A stretch of DNA of 64,000 nucleotides from Bdellovibrionales bacterium (GCA_964230645.1 CAXRHT010000003.1:288001-352000), one strand, 5' to 3'. Shown: positions 1 through 10,274, counted from the stretch's first letter. Notes: a model not told the origin generated them from the letters alone. Program-made: numbers and translations.

Positions 1-529
1 CGGAATTGGCGCTCTTTACATGAAAGAGTCCCTTATGGAATCCTTACCACCCTACCAAACCGGTGGGAGTATGATCGACCGAGTGCAATTCACCGAAACC
101 AGTTTTGCCAAGCCGCCACAGAAGTTTGAAGCTGGCACTCCGAATATCGCTGGGGCGATCGCTCTTGGAACTGCGGCTGATCTTTTAATGAAAACAGACT
201 TCAAAGAACAACATCAGTACGTATCTGGTCTCCGTAAGGCCCTTCTAGAGAGACTCTCTCTTGAAAATCATATCAAAGTGTACAACTTTCCCTCTGATGA
301 TTATACAGGTGTGGTCTCCTTTAATGTTCAAGGAGCTCACTGTAGCGATGTGGGAACATTGCTTGATAAATACGGGGTCGCTGTGCGCGCGGGCCATCAT
401 TGCACTCAACCTCTTATGGACCTCATTGGAATTCCAGGAACCGTAAGAGCCTCCATCGCTCCCTACAATACCGAAGAGGAATTGTCCTTTTTGTTAGGTA
501 CGATGGAAAAGATAAAGGAGTTTTTCTAA
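1..529 (+). CDS. sufS: Cysteine desulfurase, SufS family (5' end outside window)
   Basis: Frame is open from window start (GIGALYMK...). Motifs FEAGTPNIAG and VRAGHHCTQPL (catalytic Cys) and RASIAPYNT are typical of SufS/Csd. Confidence 0.9.
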   Translation, partial: GIGALYMKESLMESLPPYQTGGSMIDRVQFTETSFAKPPQKFEAGTPNIAGAIALGTAADLLMKTDFKEQHQYVSGLRKALLERLSLENHIKVYNFPSDDYTGVVSFNVQGAHCSDVGTLLDKYGVAVRAGHHCTQPLMDLIGIPGTVRASIAPYNTEEELSFLLGTMEKIKEFF

Positions 530-1095
530 TGTTAAACTACGACGTCCTTGTAAGGACTCAATCCACTCCCAATCCCCTGGCTATAAAGTTTATTGTAAAT
601 TGCCCGATCAAAACGGAGGGAAAAGCGACTTTTGAAAAAAAAGAAGATGGAGATCAGCTTCTACTATCGAAAGAGCTTTTCAACGTCGGGGGTGTTGAGC
701 AACTTCATATGTTTGAAAATGTTATTACGGTGACTCATACTAGTGATGCTGATCGCAATAAACTCATAGAAGATGTTACCTCTGTCTTGCAAACCAGACT
801 TCCGGTTCACGATCCCAATTTCACTCTCGAAAATGAAGAAAAAATGAAAAAGAAGAGAGAGAGCCGAAGCCCTGAGATTGATCAGATCGAAGAGATTTTA
901 GATCGAACCATCCGACCTGGGTTACAGGCCGATGGCGGTGACATTGAAATCGTAGAATACAAAGACAAAGTGGTCACTGTATCCTATGAGGGAGCCTGTG
1001 GCTCTTGCCCGAGTGCTATGTATGGAACACTGGATGCTATCTATTCCATTCTTCGAGCAGAATTTGACCCCGACTTGGATATAATGATTGCTTAG
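529..1095 (+). CDS. NifU/Nfu-type Fe-S cluster carrier (Nfu N-terminal + NifU C-terminal domain)
   Basis: ATG at 529 overlaps the sufS stop (TAATG). Motifs TPNPLAIKF and IRPGLQADGGDI...GACGSCPS (CxxC). Confidence 0.9.
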   Translation: MLNYDVLVRTQSTPNPLAIKFIVNCPIKTEGKATFEKKEDGDQLLLSKELFNVGGVEQLHMFENVITVTHTSDADRNKLIEDVTSVLQTRLPVHDPNFTLENEEKMKKKRESRSPEIDQIEEILDRTIRPGLQADGGDIEIVEYKDKVVTVSYEGACGSCPSAMYGTLDAIYSILRAEFDPDLDIMIA

Positions 1096-2015
1096 TGCTC
1101 TAACTCTTTATCTCGGTTGGAGCGTCCCTCTTTTACATTTAAATCCATGGTACTTAGCTTTTCGCCTCCCCGAATTCCGAAGTCCAAAGTTCTAATCGGA
1201 AAAGGTATCATGATGTCGTTTTCATCAAAAAGAGCTTTGACTCGCTTAATTGTCGCACTCTTTGTTTCCAGAAAGTTTCTGTGATTGGGATATTCGACCC
1301 AAACCCTTACCTCCAGGTCTATAGAGCTTCCACCGAAGGCTTGAAAAAAGACGTCAATGGGTTTGTCTTTAATTCTGTGAGGTAGGTCCTCAAGACCTTC
1401 ACTCAGAATTTTTTCCACTTTATCAAGGTCATCACCATAGGAAACTCCGACGGCAAGATCAATTCTACGCTCTGGAATGTTGGTATAATTCACGATGGGA
1501 TCGGTAAAAAGCATTTTATTAGGGACAAGGGCTTCTAAGCCTTGAAAGGTTGTGATGGTCGTTGTTCTTAAATCAATTGATGTCACATTGCCCATATAGT
1601 CACCGGCCTCAACGATATCGCCAACTTTGTAGGGCTTTTTAAAAGCAATAAAGACACCGGAAACAAAGTTCGCGGCGATATCCTGGAATGCAAAACCAAG
1701 AGCAAGGCCTATGACCCCGGCACCCGCGAGAAGTGATGTGACGGTTTTATCAAGATTTAAAATTCCAAGAGCAATGAAAACTCCAATGAGTATAACCGCT
1801 ATATGTACAATGGATACGATGAGGTTTCGTGCCGCCACGGATTGAATCACTCGGCCCGTGAGGTTTTTAACAACTTTTCGCACAAATTTGGCAATAAGAA
1901 AGAAAACAAATATGACGACAACGGCTACGACAAAATTGGGTAGACTTTTAACACCCAATTCGAACCAAGTTTGTAGACGATCGGTAATCAGGGATAGTAC
2001 TTTATCCAAATCCAA
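1092..2015 (-). CDS. mscS: Small-conductance mechanosensitive channel, MscS family
   Basis: Three TM segments, LLAGAGVIGLALGFAFQDIAANFVSG and PYKVGD motifs, C-terminal IPFP. Confidence 0.92.
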   Translation of the reverse strand: MDLDKVLSLITDRLQTWFELGVKSLPNFVVAVVVIFVFFLIAKFVRKVVKNLTGRVIQSVAARNLIVSIVHIAVILIGVFIALGILNLDKTVTSLLAGAGVIGLALGFAFQDIAANFVSGVFIAFKKPYKVGDIVEAGDYMGNVTSIDLRTTTITTFQGLEALVPNKMLFTDPIVNYTNIPERRIDLAVGVSYGDDLDKVEKILSEGLEDLPHRIKDKPIDVFFQAFGGSSIDLEVRVWVEYPNHRNFLETKSATIKRVKALFDENDIMIPFPIRTLDFGIRGGEKLSTMDLNVKEGRSNRDKELEH

Positions 2016-2163
2016 GGCAAACTCCTATTAGTTTAATTAAATTGATTGATATCTTGAGTTTGTCATAGGTCGCCGTTTTTTTTCTGTATGGCATTTGTTG
2101 AAAATGATTAGATTCCACCACAATTTACTTGGCAAGAGCGTATTTCACTGCCCTGGGCCTTCT

Positions 2164-2484
2164 TGAGCCCACTGTCACCCTGAGCACACTGTCATCCCGA
2201 GCACACTGTCACCCTGAGCACACTGTCATCCCGAGTACACTGTCATCCCGAGTACACTGTCATCCCGAGTACACTGTCATCCTGAGCCCACTGTCATCCT
2301 GAGTACACCGTCATCCTGAGCGGAGCGAAGGATCTTAGGTCTTTCGCTGCGCTCAAGACGACAATCTTTCCCTCAAGACGACAAGCTTTCCCTAAAGACG
2401 ACAAGCTTTCCCTCAAGACGACAATCTTTCCCTCAAGACGACATGTTTCTGCTCAAGAAGGAATTTTTTCCCTCAAGACAACAT
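2164..2484. repeat. Composite palindromic element: 9 x 17-bp tandem units + 26-bp inverted-repeat core (2310-2362) + about 7 x 20-bp tandem units
   Basis: Units YGAGYMCACTGTCAYCC from 2164 (period 17). Core gtcatcctgagcggagcgaaggatct / aggtctttcgctgcgctcaagacgac. Units ctcaagacgacaakctttcc from 2352 (period 20). Confidence 0.93.
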
Positions 2485-2523
2485 TCTCATGCCAGTAGCC
2501 GAAAATGCACTGGGCAGAAAAGT

Positions 2524-2548
2524 AAAAAAGCACCTATTTCTAGGTGCT
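2524..2548 (-). terminator. Intrinsic terminator downstream of the vWA lipoprotein gene
   Basis: agcacct-atttct-aggtgct hairpin preceded by an A-run (T-run on the minus strand). Confidence 0.65.
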
Positions 2549-2604
2549 CTCGTGTCTTTAAATTTTCTGTTTATCAGCGTTCACTCAATCAGCGAACCAA
2601 TGAT

Positions 2605-4659
2605 TTAATTAATTCGACATTGATAATCAACTTTGTAGTCTCCAGGAGGTAACAAATCGTCGAAAATTAATTTCCGATTCTGAACCTGATAAGAGGCGCT
2701 GTAGCTTTGGTACTGGGACCCGGCATTGGCTCGGTAGCTTATAGAAACATCGGGAGTACCGTCACTATTACTATCAAAAGGATTACAGTCTAAGGTGATA
2801 GAGTTTTGTAGGTCTTTAACACTTTGACCGATATCAGCGAGCTGAGAGGTGTAGTCCAATTCACAAACAGACCCTATAATCGCTCCGCCTAACTCTCCAT
2901 AGCCAGTTAGTCGAGAAAGCTCATCATAAGTATGACCGACGTTATATCCCTCACCATTGGCACAAGCTTGGTCGCCGGGTCGGGAGATAATACTGTGAAA
3001 AACCATGTTCTTCTGACCGTTATAGGTGTTATTGACAAAGTTTACAAATTGTTGAGGTGAGGTATCTACACCCGAACCGTTAGAGGCTTCATCCTCATCT
3101 GAAAGCACAACGATCGAAAGATCGGCCCCATCTCGAATGAAGTCCCTATGGGGAGCTTCACCAGCAACAGCTCTTTCTATGACTTTCTTTGAAGCAAGAA
3201 TTCCTTCTTCTGTTCCGGAACCATTCCCAAAGTTCTGAATGGTTTGCCCAAAGGAGTATTGCGCTTGTGCTGCGTTCATTGAAGGATTGAGGACATAGGT
3301 TCCGCTCATCCCTTCGAACTCCAATAAGCGACCATTTGATTTAAAATCATTATTGGTCATATCAGTACTAGTTACAGCGATTTGCCAGTTGAGATCTTTG
3401 ATCTTGTCAATCATACCATCAATTCGCTCAGCGAGATTTTCACGTTCGTAATCCATTGAGCCCGAGTTATCGATCACAAAAAGAATGTCCACAGGCCGAT
3501 CTTCACCGACCGATTGATTGGTCGTTCTGTTTTCAGCGATGTTTACGCTTTCCCATTGAATGGAGCGTTGACTAGAGTTCCCAATCGCATCAGTCGCTGT
3601 AATCACAAAATTATAGTTCATTGGGCTTGAGGACGGAATGGAGAGATCTTGATCAGCCGCACAGCTTACAGCCATTCCATTTAATTGACACATAACTGTA
3701 ATCCCATTGGGACTGTAGGTATCAGTCACGGAGTAATTAACCACAGCGACACTACCCGTGTATATTTGATTAGCCGGGCGTTTATTCACTTGAATGACAG
3801 GCGCTGACTGGTCAACTACCCAATTATGTGAAACCTCACTCGATTGATTTCCGACTGAATCCACAGTTCTGACAACCAAGTTATGGTTTCCTTCAGAGAG
3901 GTCGTCAAGAGCTTGGCTTTCCTGACATTGAGAAAAACCACCGCCATCAACACTGCACTCATAGTGAGAAACTCCACTTCCATCATCATTGGAGCTAAAT
4001 TGAAATTGCGCTTGGCTCTCAGAATTCATTGGCTCTGGAGCTTGGGTGATAATCACCTGAGGAGGTGTCGTATCCACATAAAAAGTGTAGGAAACTTCAC
4101 CGGATTCGTTGTCATCATAGTCAATAGCACGGGCTTTTATCGTATGAAGCCCCTCGGAGAGGTTGGTGAGATCAACTTGTTCAGAACAGTCGGAATAACC
4201 ACTGCCATCAATATCACAAGAGATTGATTGTAGACCAATACCGTTGTCGTTATCAGCCGCCCACAATTCGATCGTTCCCGATGTATTCGGGATATAGTTA
4301 GCGGGATGATGGGTGATGGCAATAATAGGTTTTACATTGTCAGAGTTTGGTTCAATTTTTGGGTTGCGGTCAAAGTTGACAGTTGTGGTCCCAGGCTCTG
4401 GATAGGTAACTCCTTGGACTCCTTCGGATTGCTCAACAATATCACCGGGTTGTGGCCCTGGATCGGGTTGAGGATCACCTGGGTCACTAGGATCATTAGG
4501 ATCGCTGGGATCATTGGGGTTATTAGGATCTTGGGTGTCACCCACATCGCTCGCTGTATTGTCTGTAGCACTTGTGTTGGCCTCGCCACCACCGCCGCCT
4601 AAACAACCGACGAGCAAACTACAGCTAAGAACAACAAATATTAGTTTTAAAAAACTCAT
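2605..4659 (-). CDS. Surface lipoprotein with Pro/Asp linker, Ig-like repeats and a vWA domain
   Basis: Lipobox LLVGC; DPNDPS low-complexity linker; repeated beta-sandwich units ending in (V)DTTPP/DQSAP; MIDAS motif DILFVIDNSGSM and VVLSDEDE. Confidence 0.8.
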   Translation of the reverse strand: MSFLKLIFVVLSCSLLVGCLGGGGGEANTSATDNTASDVGDTQDPNNPNDPSDPNDPSDPGDPQPDPGPQPGDIVEQSEGVQGVTYPEPGTTTVNFDRNPKIEPNSDNVKPIIAITHHPANYIPNTSGTIELWAADNDNGIGLQSISCDIDGSGYSDCSEQVDLTNLSEGLHTIKARAIDYDDNESGEVSYTFYVDTTPPQVIITQAPEPMNSESQAQFQFSSNDDGSGVSHYECSVDGGGFSQCQESQALDDLSEGNHNLVVRTVDSVGNQSSEVSHNWVVDQSAPVIQVNKRPANQIYTGSVAVVNYSVTDTYSPNGITVMCQLNGMAVSCAADQDLSIPSSSPMNYNFVITATDAIGNSSQRSIQWESVNIAENRTTNQSVGEDRPVDILFVIDNSGSMDYERENLAERIDGMIDKIKDLNWQIAVTSTDMTNNDFKSNGRLLEFEGMSGTYVLNPSMNAAQAQYSFGQTIQNFGNGSGTEEGILASKKVIERAVAGEAPHRDFIRDGADLSIVVLSDEDEASNGSGVDTSPQQFVNFVNNTYNGQKNMVFHSIISRPGDQACANGEGYNVGHTYDELSRLTGYGELGGAIIGSVCELDYTSQLADIGQSVKDLQNSITLDCNPFDSNSDGTPDVSISYRANAGSQYQSYSASYQVQNRKLIFDDLLPPGDYKVDYQCRIN

Positions 4660-4897
4660 GACTGACCTCCGTCCGCAGTAACAAAATCGGAGTTTGGGCG
4701 AAGGTCCTGTAGAAAGCCGTGCTTAAAAATGAGAATTTCATTTTTTTTTAAAATAAAAAAAAGCTCTGAAAGTAAAAATTTACTAAAAGGAAATTAAATT
4801 CAACTGTTTAAAAGAGGTGTAAAAAAATCGACACTTTCTGAAAACATTGATTTGTAAAAAACTTAATCGAAAAGCTTAAACTGCGCTAAAAGAAGGA

Positions 4898-5401
4898 TTA
4901 CTCGTAGTACTTCGGTGTTTTCTTAGATTTCTGACTTTTTTGCCGATTTCCACTGGCTTCAATATCGTTGTTCTCTGGCTGATAGAGGAAGCTTTGGCTC
5001 ACCCCAATTTTTTCCCCATTTTCCATCTTGTAAACAAAAAGGAAGATTTGATCTCCAGGCTTTATGGAGGTTTTGTCTACCAGAATTTTCGATACCGTCT
5101 CACCAGGCTCCGAAAAATCGACTTCATGAGTTTTAGTTCCTCGAATTAATTGAGTCCCTTCAGGTAGCTTCCACTTTACTTGAGCGCGTTCAGCGGAACG
5201 GAGACGCTCAATTTGTGCCGTAAATTCTAGGCTCTCTTCTTCGTCATAGGTTAACGCAATGTTCGCTTTAAAGTGACCAGTGGATTTGCCTTGGTGATGA
5301 CTGTGGCTCGGCATTGTAAAATTGATGTCTTTACTTTGTGTGTGTCCGTCCGTACAGGCGCTCAGGAAACTAATTAAAATGAGAGAGACAATTATTTTCA
5401 T
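4898..5401 (-). CDS. Hypothetical lipoprotein
   Basis: Likely start MKIIV at 5401, lipobox FLSAC, 8 bp downstream of the preceding gene's stop. Confidence 0.65.
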   Translation of the reverse strand: MKIIVSLILISFLSACTDGHTQSKDINFTMPSHSHHQGKSTGHFKANIALTYDEEESLEFTAQIERLRSAERAQVKWKLPEGTQLIRGTKTHEVDFSEPGETVSKILVDKTSIKPGDQIFLFVYKMENGEKIGVSQSFLYQPENNDIEASGNRQKSQKSKKTPKYYE

Positions 5402-5409
5402 AGTGAATC

Positions 5410-7152
5410 CTAGTCTGGGCAAACGGTATTACCGTTCACTCTTAAGTTGTAATTTGCAGTGGACTTTATGCCATCTTGTGTATTGTAGTTTATGTTGAGC
5501 ATATAAGTAGAAGCAGCCAGAGCAGGAACGGAAATCAATTCAGTATCGGAACTGGCTCCGTTCGGAATTTTATCCACACTCATCGCCACGACATATTGTT
5601 GGACTCCAAAAACGTAATCGTTACGATAGAGGTATATGTCTAGGTCGGCAGGGCTTCCACTGGAAGTGCTATAGTTTAGTTGAATACTAAGTGGACCGCC
5701 TCCATGATCGATGCGGTAGAAGTCATTAGACTTAAACATGTTTGAGTTAATAAAGGTTCCGTCCTCCGGTTGGCGCCCTGGATTATTACTAGGACTTGCG
5801 CCGGGAACATTTTCCGCTCTGATTGCAATATTACCACAAGGGGCACTGGCTGTTGAAAGGGTGTTCCCATAGTTGATGATGTCAGCGATTTGGTTCTCTG
5901 CTGTTTGAACAGGGGACCAATCATTGGCAGAGCCTCTCCCTTCCTGGAGAAGGTAGAACAAGCCAACGGCTCTAAATCTTTGAGTGGGATCGGCAAAACT
6001 ATTTGAACTTGCGGTGAAGACAGACCAAAACTCTTCGAAACTTACTTGTACTCCATCAGTGTCTCCGGAGGAATCATCATCAAGAAGATCAATCAGAGCG
6101 CGAGTGATTGAAAACTCTCTGAAGTTTCCTTCTCCCATTTCAGTGGGGGTGTCTGTATTTCCATCATCGAGGTCTTCGTTGACATAAATTCCGTTGTCTC
6201 CCTCCGGTGTTCCGTAGGTATCTAAATAAAAAGGAGACCCTGTGACTTGTGCTTGGAAAAAGTTCGCCCAAGCTTCTCCCCAGGCTAATCTTGGATCTAA
6301 AATATTATCGCCATTGTGTTGGCCACCAGGAGAATTGGTGATGGAGTAGTTATGCTCAATAAAGTGTCCATACTCGTGAATGATAATCGTGTTATCAAAG
6401 TGATCGGTATCTGAGGAGTCGACGTCACCAAAACGGCCTCCAAGAATATAAAGTTCGTTTCTTTCTGGAAGGAAAAAACTTAAAGGAGGGAGATTAAAAT
6501 ACTGACCAGGATCGACACCCTTAGCCCAATAAATTCGCACCAGGGGTGCTACGGTAAAGGGCGTGCAAGGAAAGGTTGAACCACAGGAATTTGTTGCCGT
6601 CCTAAGAAAGTCGTTGGAATCAAGGACCTTATCTAAGATATTAAAAGCCCCTCCTTCTAAACTACCTGTAGCTTGAGCCCGAATATTCCCCATGCTTTTA
6701 CTTTCATCAAGGACAACGCTTTTAGAAATACCATGATGGGTATTCTGAGTGGGGTTTTTAAGAACGTAAGCTTTTAATTGATTGTTATTGGCTCTTGATG
6801 TGACCGTGACAGTGGCCGTTGTATCGTTGGCCGGTAAACGAAGGGAGAAATTTCCATTTTGATCGGTTTCACCACATTGAATGATGGCCCCAGCAGAGTT
6901 AGTGACTCGAATTTCAGCATGACGAATAGGATTAGGCCCAGCAACATTGCCATTACCACCGGCGCGATACTCATAAGAGGCGGAGCCGGTGATGGTTACA
7001 CTGTTACTGTAGGTGACGTTATTGTCGCAGTAGGGAACCGGAGGGATACTTGATTGGGTAGAGCCGCCATCACCACCACTAGAACAAGCAATTACAAAAC
7101 CAGCAGTAAAAAAGAGCAAAAAGAACCGTATTGTGGAGACAATTTTCTGCAA
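5410..7152 (-). CDS. Lipoprotein zinc metalloprotease-like protein (HExxH) with C-terminal PPC-like beta domain
   Basis: Lipobox VIAC; IIHEYGH followed by AWGEAWANF (gluzincin-type third ligand); C-terminal ADLDIYLY. Confidence 0.72.
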   Translation of the reverse strand: MQKIVSTIRFFLLFFTAGFVIACSSGGDGGSTQSSIPPVPYCDNNVTYSNSVTITGSASYEYRAGGNGNVAGPNPIRHAEIRVTNSAGAIIQCGETDQNGNFSLRLPANDTTATVTVTSRANNNQLKAYVLKNPTQNTHHGISKSVVLDESKSMGNIRAQATGSLEGGAFNILDKVLDSNDFLRTATNSCGSTFPCTPFTVAPLVRIYWAKGVDPGQYFNLPPLSFFLPERNELYILGGRFGDVDSSDTDHFDNTIIIHEYGHFIEHNYSITNSPGGQHNGDNILDPRLAWGEAWANFFQAQVTGSPFYLDTYGTPEGDNGIYVNEDLDDGNTDTPTEMGEGNFREFSITRALIDLLDDDSSGDTDGVQVSFEEFWSVFTASSNSFADPTQRFRAVGLFYLLQEGRGSANDWSPVQTAENQIADIINYGNTLSTASAPCGNIAIRAENVPGASPSNNPGRQPEDGTFINSNMFKSNDFYRIDHGGGPLSIQLNYSTSSGSPADLDIYLYRNDYVFGVQQYVVAMSVDKIPNGASSDTELISVPALAASTYMLNINYNTQDGIKSTANYNLRVNGNTVCPD

Positions 7153-7174
7153 AGCACACCTCGGGAATAAGTTC

Positions 7175-7201
7175 TTATCGGGAAGTCGGGCAAGGCTCTT
7201 A
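7175..7201 (-). promoter_or_regulatory. Putative sigma28 (FliA) promoter
   Basis: Minus strand TAAG-N15-CCCGATAA, compared with the consensus TAAA-N15-GCCGATAA. Confidence 0.6.
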
Positions 7202-7248
7202 AGGATTTTGTTCTTGATTCAAAATGAGAAAACATCGATATTAGGGCT

Positions 7249-7500
7249 ATGGAAGCTGGACTAAACTCAGACATTCAAGTTGGCGAAAGAAATTTTCATA
7301 TTCAGACCGAAGACTGGGGTTGGGATAATCCATTTATCGTCACCAAGATTTTTAGCCAGGGTGCTGTCTTGAAAAGCTTTAAAATACCCTATCAAAATGT
7401 CCTGAAATCCCCATTTCCTTCGGCCGATGCTATCCGTTCGGCCATAGAGGTCCAACATAAGGAAATTCTAGACCGTCTCATTTCTGGTCAACTTGTTTAA
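7249..7500 (+). CDS. Small conserved hypothetical protein
   Basis: 83-aa ORF with GLNSDI...FHIQTEDWG, directly upstream of ftsE. Confidence 0.7.
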   Translation: MEAGLNSDIQVGERNFHIQTEDWGWDNPFIVTKIFSQGAVLKSFKIPYQNVLKSPFPSADAIRSAIEVQHKEILDRLISGQLV

Positions 7501-7521
7501 TGAAGGTTAAAATTATGGGAT

Positions 7522-8247
7522 ATGATCGAGTTATCCCATGTTTACAAAACTTATGTAGCTGAACAACATATCCTAAAGAACCTCAGCCTTAATGTTAATA
7601 AAGGTGATTTTGTTTTTTTGATGGGCCCCAGTGGCGCTGGAAAAACAACCCTTTTTCGCTTGGTTACAGGATTTGAAAAAGTCTCTTCGGGTCAGATTCG
7701 TATTAACGGGTTTGATCTTAATAAGCTCAATCTCAACAAACGAGCGGCCTTTAGAAGAAGTATTGGAGTCGTTTTCCAGGACTTCAAATTACTTGAAGAC
7801 CGCAATGTTTTTGAAAACGTCGCTCTTCCCCTGCAAATTATGGGATACAAAAAATGGGATATTGTTGAAAAAACAGAGAAGATGATTCGCAAGGTCGGTC
7901 TCTCTAAAAAGATCAATGAAAATCCTAGTTATCTCTCCGGAGGAGAGAAACAAAGAGTGGCTATTGCCAGGGCTCTTGTTCATGAACCCTCGTTGGTGAT
8001 TGCTGATGAGCCTACTGGGAACTTGGATTGGAGGTTGAGTGAGGAAATTCTTGGTCTTTTTAAAGAGGCCAATCAGAAAAAGGGTACGACCTTACTCATA
8101 GCAACCCATGATTTTGAAATTGTGAAATCGACCCCCAATAAGAGACTCATACAAATCGAAAAAGGTCAGTTGTTTGAAAAAGGAGAAGACCAACCATGTG
8201 GACGATTTTTTGCTCCATTAAAAGAAGCTGGACTCAACATTTTGTAA
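7522..8247 (+). CDS. ftsE: Cell division ABC ATPase FtsE
   Basis: GPSGAGKTT, VVFQDFKLL, LSGGEKQRVAIARA, ADEPTGNLD; followed by ftsX. Confidence 0.92.
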   Translation: MIELSHVYKTYVAEQHILKNLSLNVNKGDFVFLMGPSGAGKTTLFRLVTGFEKVSSGQIRINGFDLNKLNLNKRAAFRRSIGVVFQDFKLLEDRNVFENVALPLQIMGYKKWDIVEKTEKMIRKVGLSKKINENPSYLSGGEKQRVAIARALVHEPSLVIADEPTGNLDWRLSEEILGLFKEANQKKGTTLLIATHDFEIVKSTPNKRLIQIEKGQLFEKGEDQPCGRFFAPLKEAGLNIL

Positions 8248-9134
8248 CCCAGTTTTCCGCCTTTTTGGTCATGTCATTGACCTATTCGGCGGCCTTATTT
8301 ATTGCTCTTGCTGTTAGTAACACGGAAAGCCTGTTGCATTGGTGGGGGCAGGTTAACAAAGTGACCGTGTATTTAAAACATGGAGTCAAAACCGAGGACA
8401 AAGAACGTTTTGAGAGTTATGTCACTGAAACCAAATTGGTAAAAAGTCTTTCGAAGGTCGATTCAAAAGAGTCTTCAAGACGTTTTAAAGAGCGTTTTGC
8501 CAAAATAGCGAATCAAAAGATTTCTCTTGATAAGATCGACGAGTTTTTCCCGGAATTTTACGAACTGAATCTCAATCAGAATTTAGCCTACAATTCACAG
8601 AAATCAGCACTGACGGCATTCGTAAGTCGCCTCAAAGTAAAGTTTCCTCAAATTCAAGACATCAGTTTTGGTCAGCAGTGGTTGCAGAAATATCTTTCCA
8701 TTTTAAGTTCGTTTAAAAGTATAGCCTGGATTCTTATTGCTTTATTTTTAATAGCTAGTCTCATTGCTTCCTCAAGTGTCATAAAAACTCTTCTCTTTGC
8801 TAGAAGGGATGAAATCGAGATTTTAGAGTTCATTGGGGCAAGTGAGTTTAGAATTTATATTCCACAAATTGTGAATGTACTAATGGTCTCTTGTCTTTCC
8901 TTTTTCTTTGCAATTGCCATTAATTTTACCCTTTATCAGCAAATGAATTCGCCCTCTATGTCCGTATTTAATCTCTCTACAGCTGGGCAAGTTAGCTTTA
9001 TTTCATTTGGTATGATCGCTCTACTTTTTGCAATTAGCTTTTTGTGTAGCCTGAGTTATTCAGTGTTTACGATTTTCAACCTAATGCCTTCTCGTAAGAA
9101 AGCGATGGTCATTAGTGAGGTTTTTCGAAAATGA
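8196..9134 (+). CDS. ftsX: Cell division permease FtsX
   Basis: Four-TM layout with a large periplasmic loop, RRDEIEILEFIGA motif, lies between ftsE and envC. Confidence 0.85.
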   Translation: MWTIFCSIKRSWTQHFVTQFSAFLVMSLTYSAALFIALAVSNTESLLHWWGQVNKVTVYLKHGVKTEDKERFESYVTETKLVKSLSKVDSKESSRRFKERFAKIANQKISLDKIDEFFPEFYELNLNQNLAYNSQKSALTAFVSRLKVKFPQIQDISFGQQWLQKYLSILSSFKSIAWILIALFLIASLIASSSVIKTLLFARRDEIEILEFIGASEFRIYIPQIVNVLMVSCLSFFFAIAINFTLYQQMNSPSMSVFNLSTAGQVSFISFGMIALLFAISFLCSLSYSVFTIFNLMPSRKKAMVISEVFRK

Positions 9135-10261
9135 GAATCGGCTTCGTTCTCATAGCATTCTTAACCAGCTTTTCTCTGCAAGCCTCAGATGATGTTCTAG
9201 ACCTGGCTGCAAAATACAATAAGCAAAAGAATCAGGTGGTCGATTTAGAGGAGAAGAGGCGGAAAACTCTTTCCGATATTTATGCGATTGAAAAGAAAAC
9301 CAATAAAATCGTTCTAAAAAAAGGGGAGTTGGATCAAGAAAAACTAAAGCTCGATAACGAGATGAAAAAACTCTCACAAAAGATCGTATCCATTGAAAGC
9401 AAAATATACGATATGACGCCCATGCTTATTGAGCGTCTGGCTGTTGTCGAGCAAATGAATAATCTTCCTTGGTTCTATACTCTTCTCACTTCGGAGAATT
9501 TAGCTGAACTCGACCAGATTTTTAAGTCAGCGAAAAAAATCAATGAAAAGCAGGCGGAGTTAGTCGTTAATTTTTTAAAGTTAGTCAACGACTTAAAGGC
9601 AAAGAAATTAAAGCTTCAGCAAACAGCAAAAAATCTACTGGTCGTAAAAAAAGATATCGAGAAACAAGAAAAAGCGATTTCAAAGAACCAAGAATCAAAA
9701 AAACAATTTTTATCAAGACTTGAGAATGTTCTCAAAAGTGAAAAGCACAAACTTAAAAAGATAAAAGGCGAAGGACGCCGCAAGATTATAGAGGCCGACT
9801 TGCAGGAGTTGGCCCTTTTGTTTGGAACCGATTTCTTCGATAAAAAAGGAGAGTTACCTCATCCTATAAAAGCACCCCTTATACAAAGGTATGGTTTAAA
9901 CGAGGGGCTTAAGGAAGACTATGTGCAACTCTTACACAAGGGTTATTTTTATCAAGCTTCCGAGGAAAAGAAGCCTCATTCGGTATCCGGTGGAAGAGTA
10001 AAGTTTTCAGGACCGGTCAAAGGTTTCGGCCAGGTCGTGATTCTTGATCATGGGGGCCGGTATTACTCGACCTATGGGTATCTCGCAAAAACAAATTTGA
10101 AAATTAATGATATTGTAAAGACAGGGCAAGAGATAGGTGAGCTAGGATATGAAAGTTTGCAGTTCGGCAAAGGACTTTACTTTGAAATCAGGCACTTTTC
10201 ACAACCTCAAGATCCAAAGGATTGGTTAAAAGACGAACCCAGCTCTCTGGCCACATTATAA
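9131..10261 (+). CDS. envC: Murein hydrolase activator EnvC (coiled coil + degenerate M23 domain)
   Basis: Signal peptide, long coiled coil, GFGQVVILDHG and LYFEIR motifs. Confidence 0.85.
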   Translation: MRIGFVLIAFLTSFSLQASDDVLDLAAKYNKQKNQVVDLEEKRRKTLSDIYAIEKKTNKIVLKKGELDQEKLKLDNEMKKLSQKIVSIESKIYDMTPMLIERLAVVEQMNNLPWFYTLLTSENLAELDQIFKSAKKINEKQAELVVNFLKLVNDLKAKKLKLQQTAKNLLVVKKDIEKQEKAISKNQESKKQFLSRLENVLKSEKHKLKKIKGEGRRKIIEADLQELALLFGTDFFDKKGELPHPIKAPLIQRYGLNEGLKEDYVQLLHKGYFYQASEEKKPHSVSGGRVKFSGPVKGFGQVVILDHGGRYYSTYGYLAKTNLKINDIVKTGQEIGELGYESLQFGKGLYFEIRHFSQPQDPKDWLKDEPSSLATL

Positions 10262-10274
10262 TTAAAGGAACATT

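Noticed and set aside
400..528. N-terminal extension of the Nfu ORF
   Set aside because: Overlaps sufS in another frame; the TAATG coupling at 529 gives the real start.
2164..2484. CRISPR array
   Set aside because: Units are 17-20 bp head-to-tail with near-identical filler, there are no unique ~30-bp spacers, and no cas genes are present.
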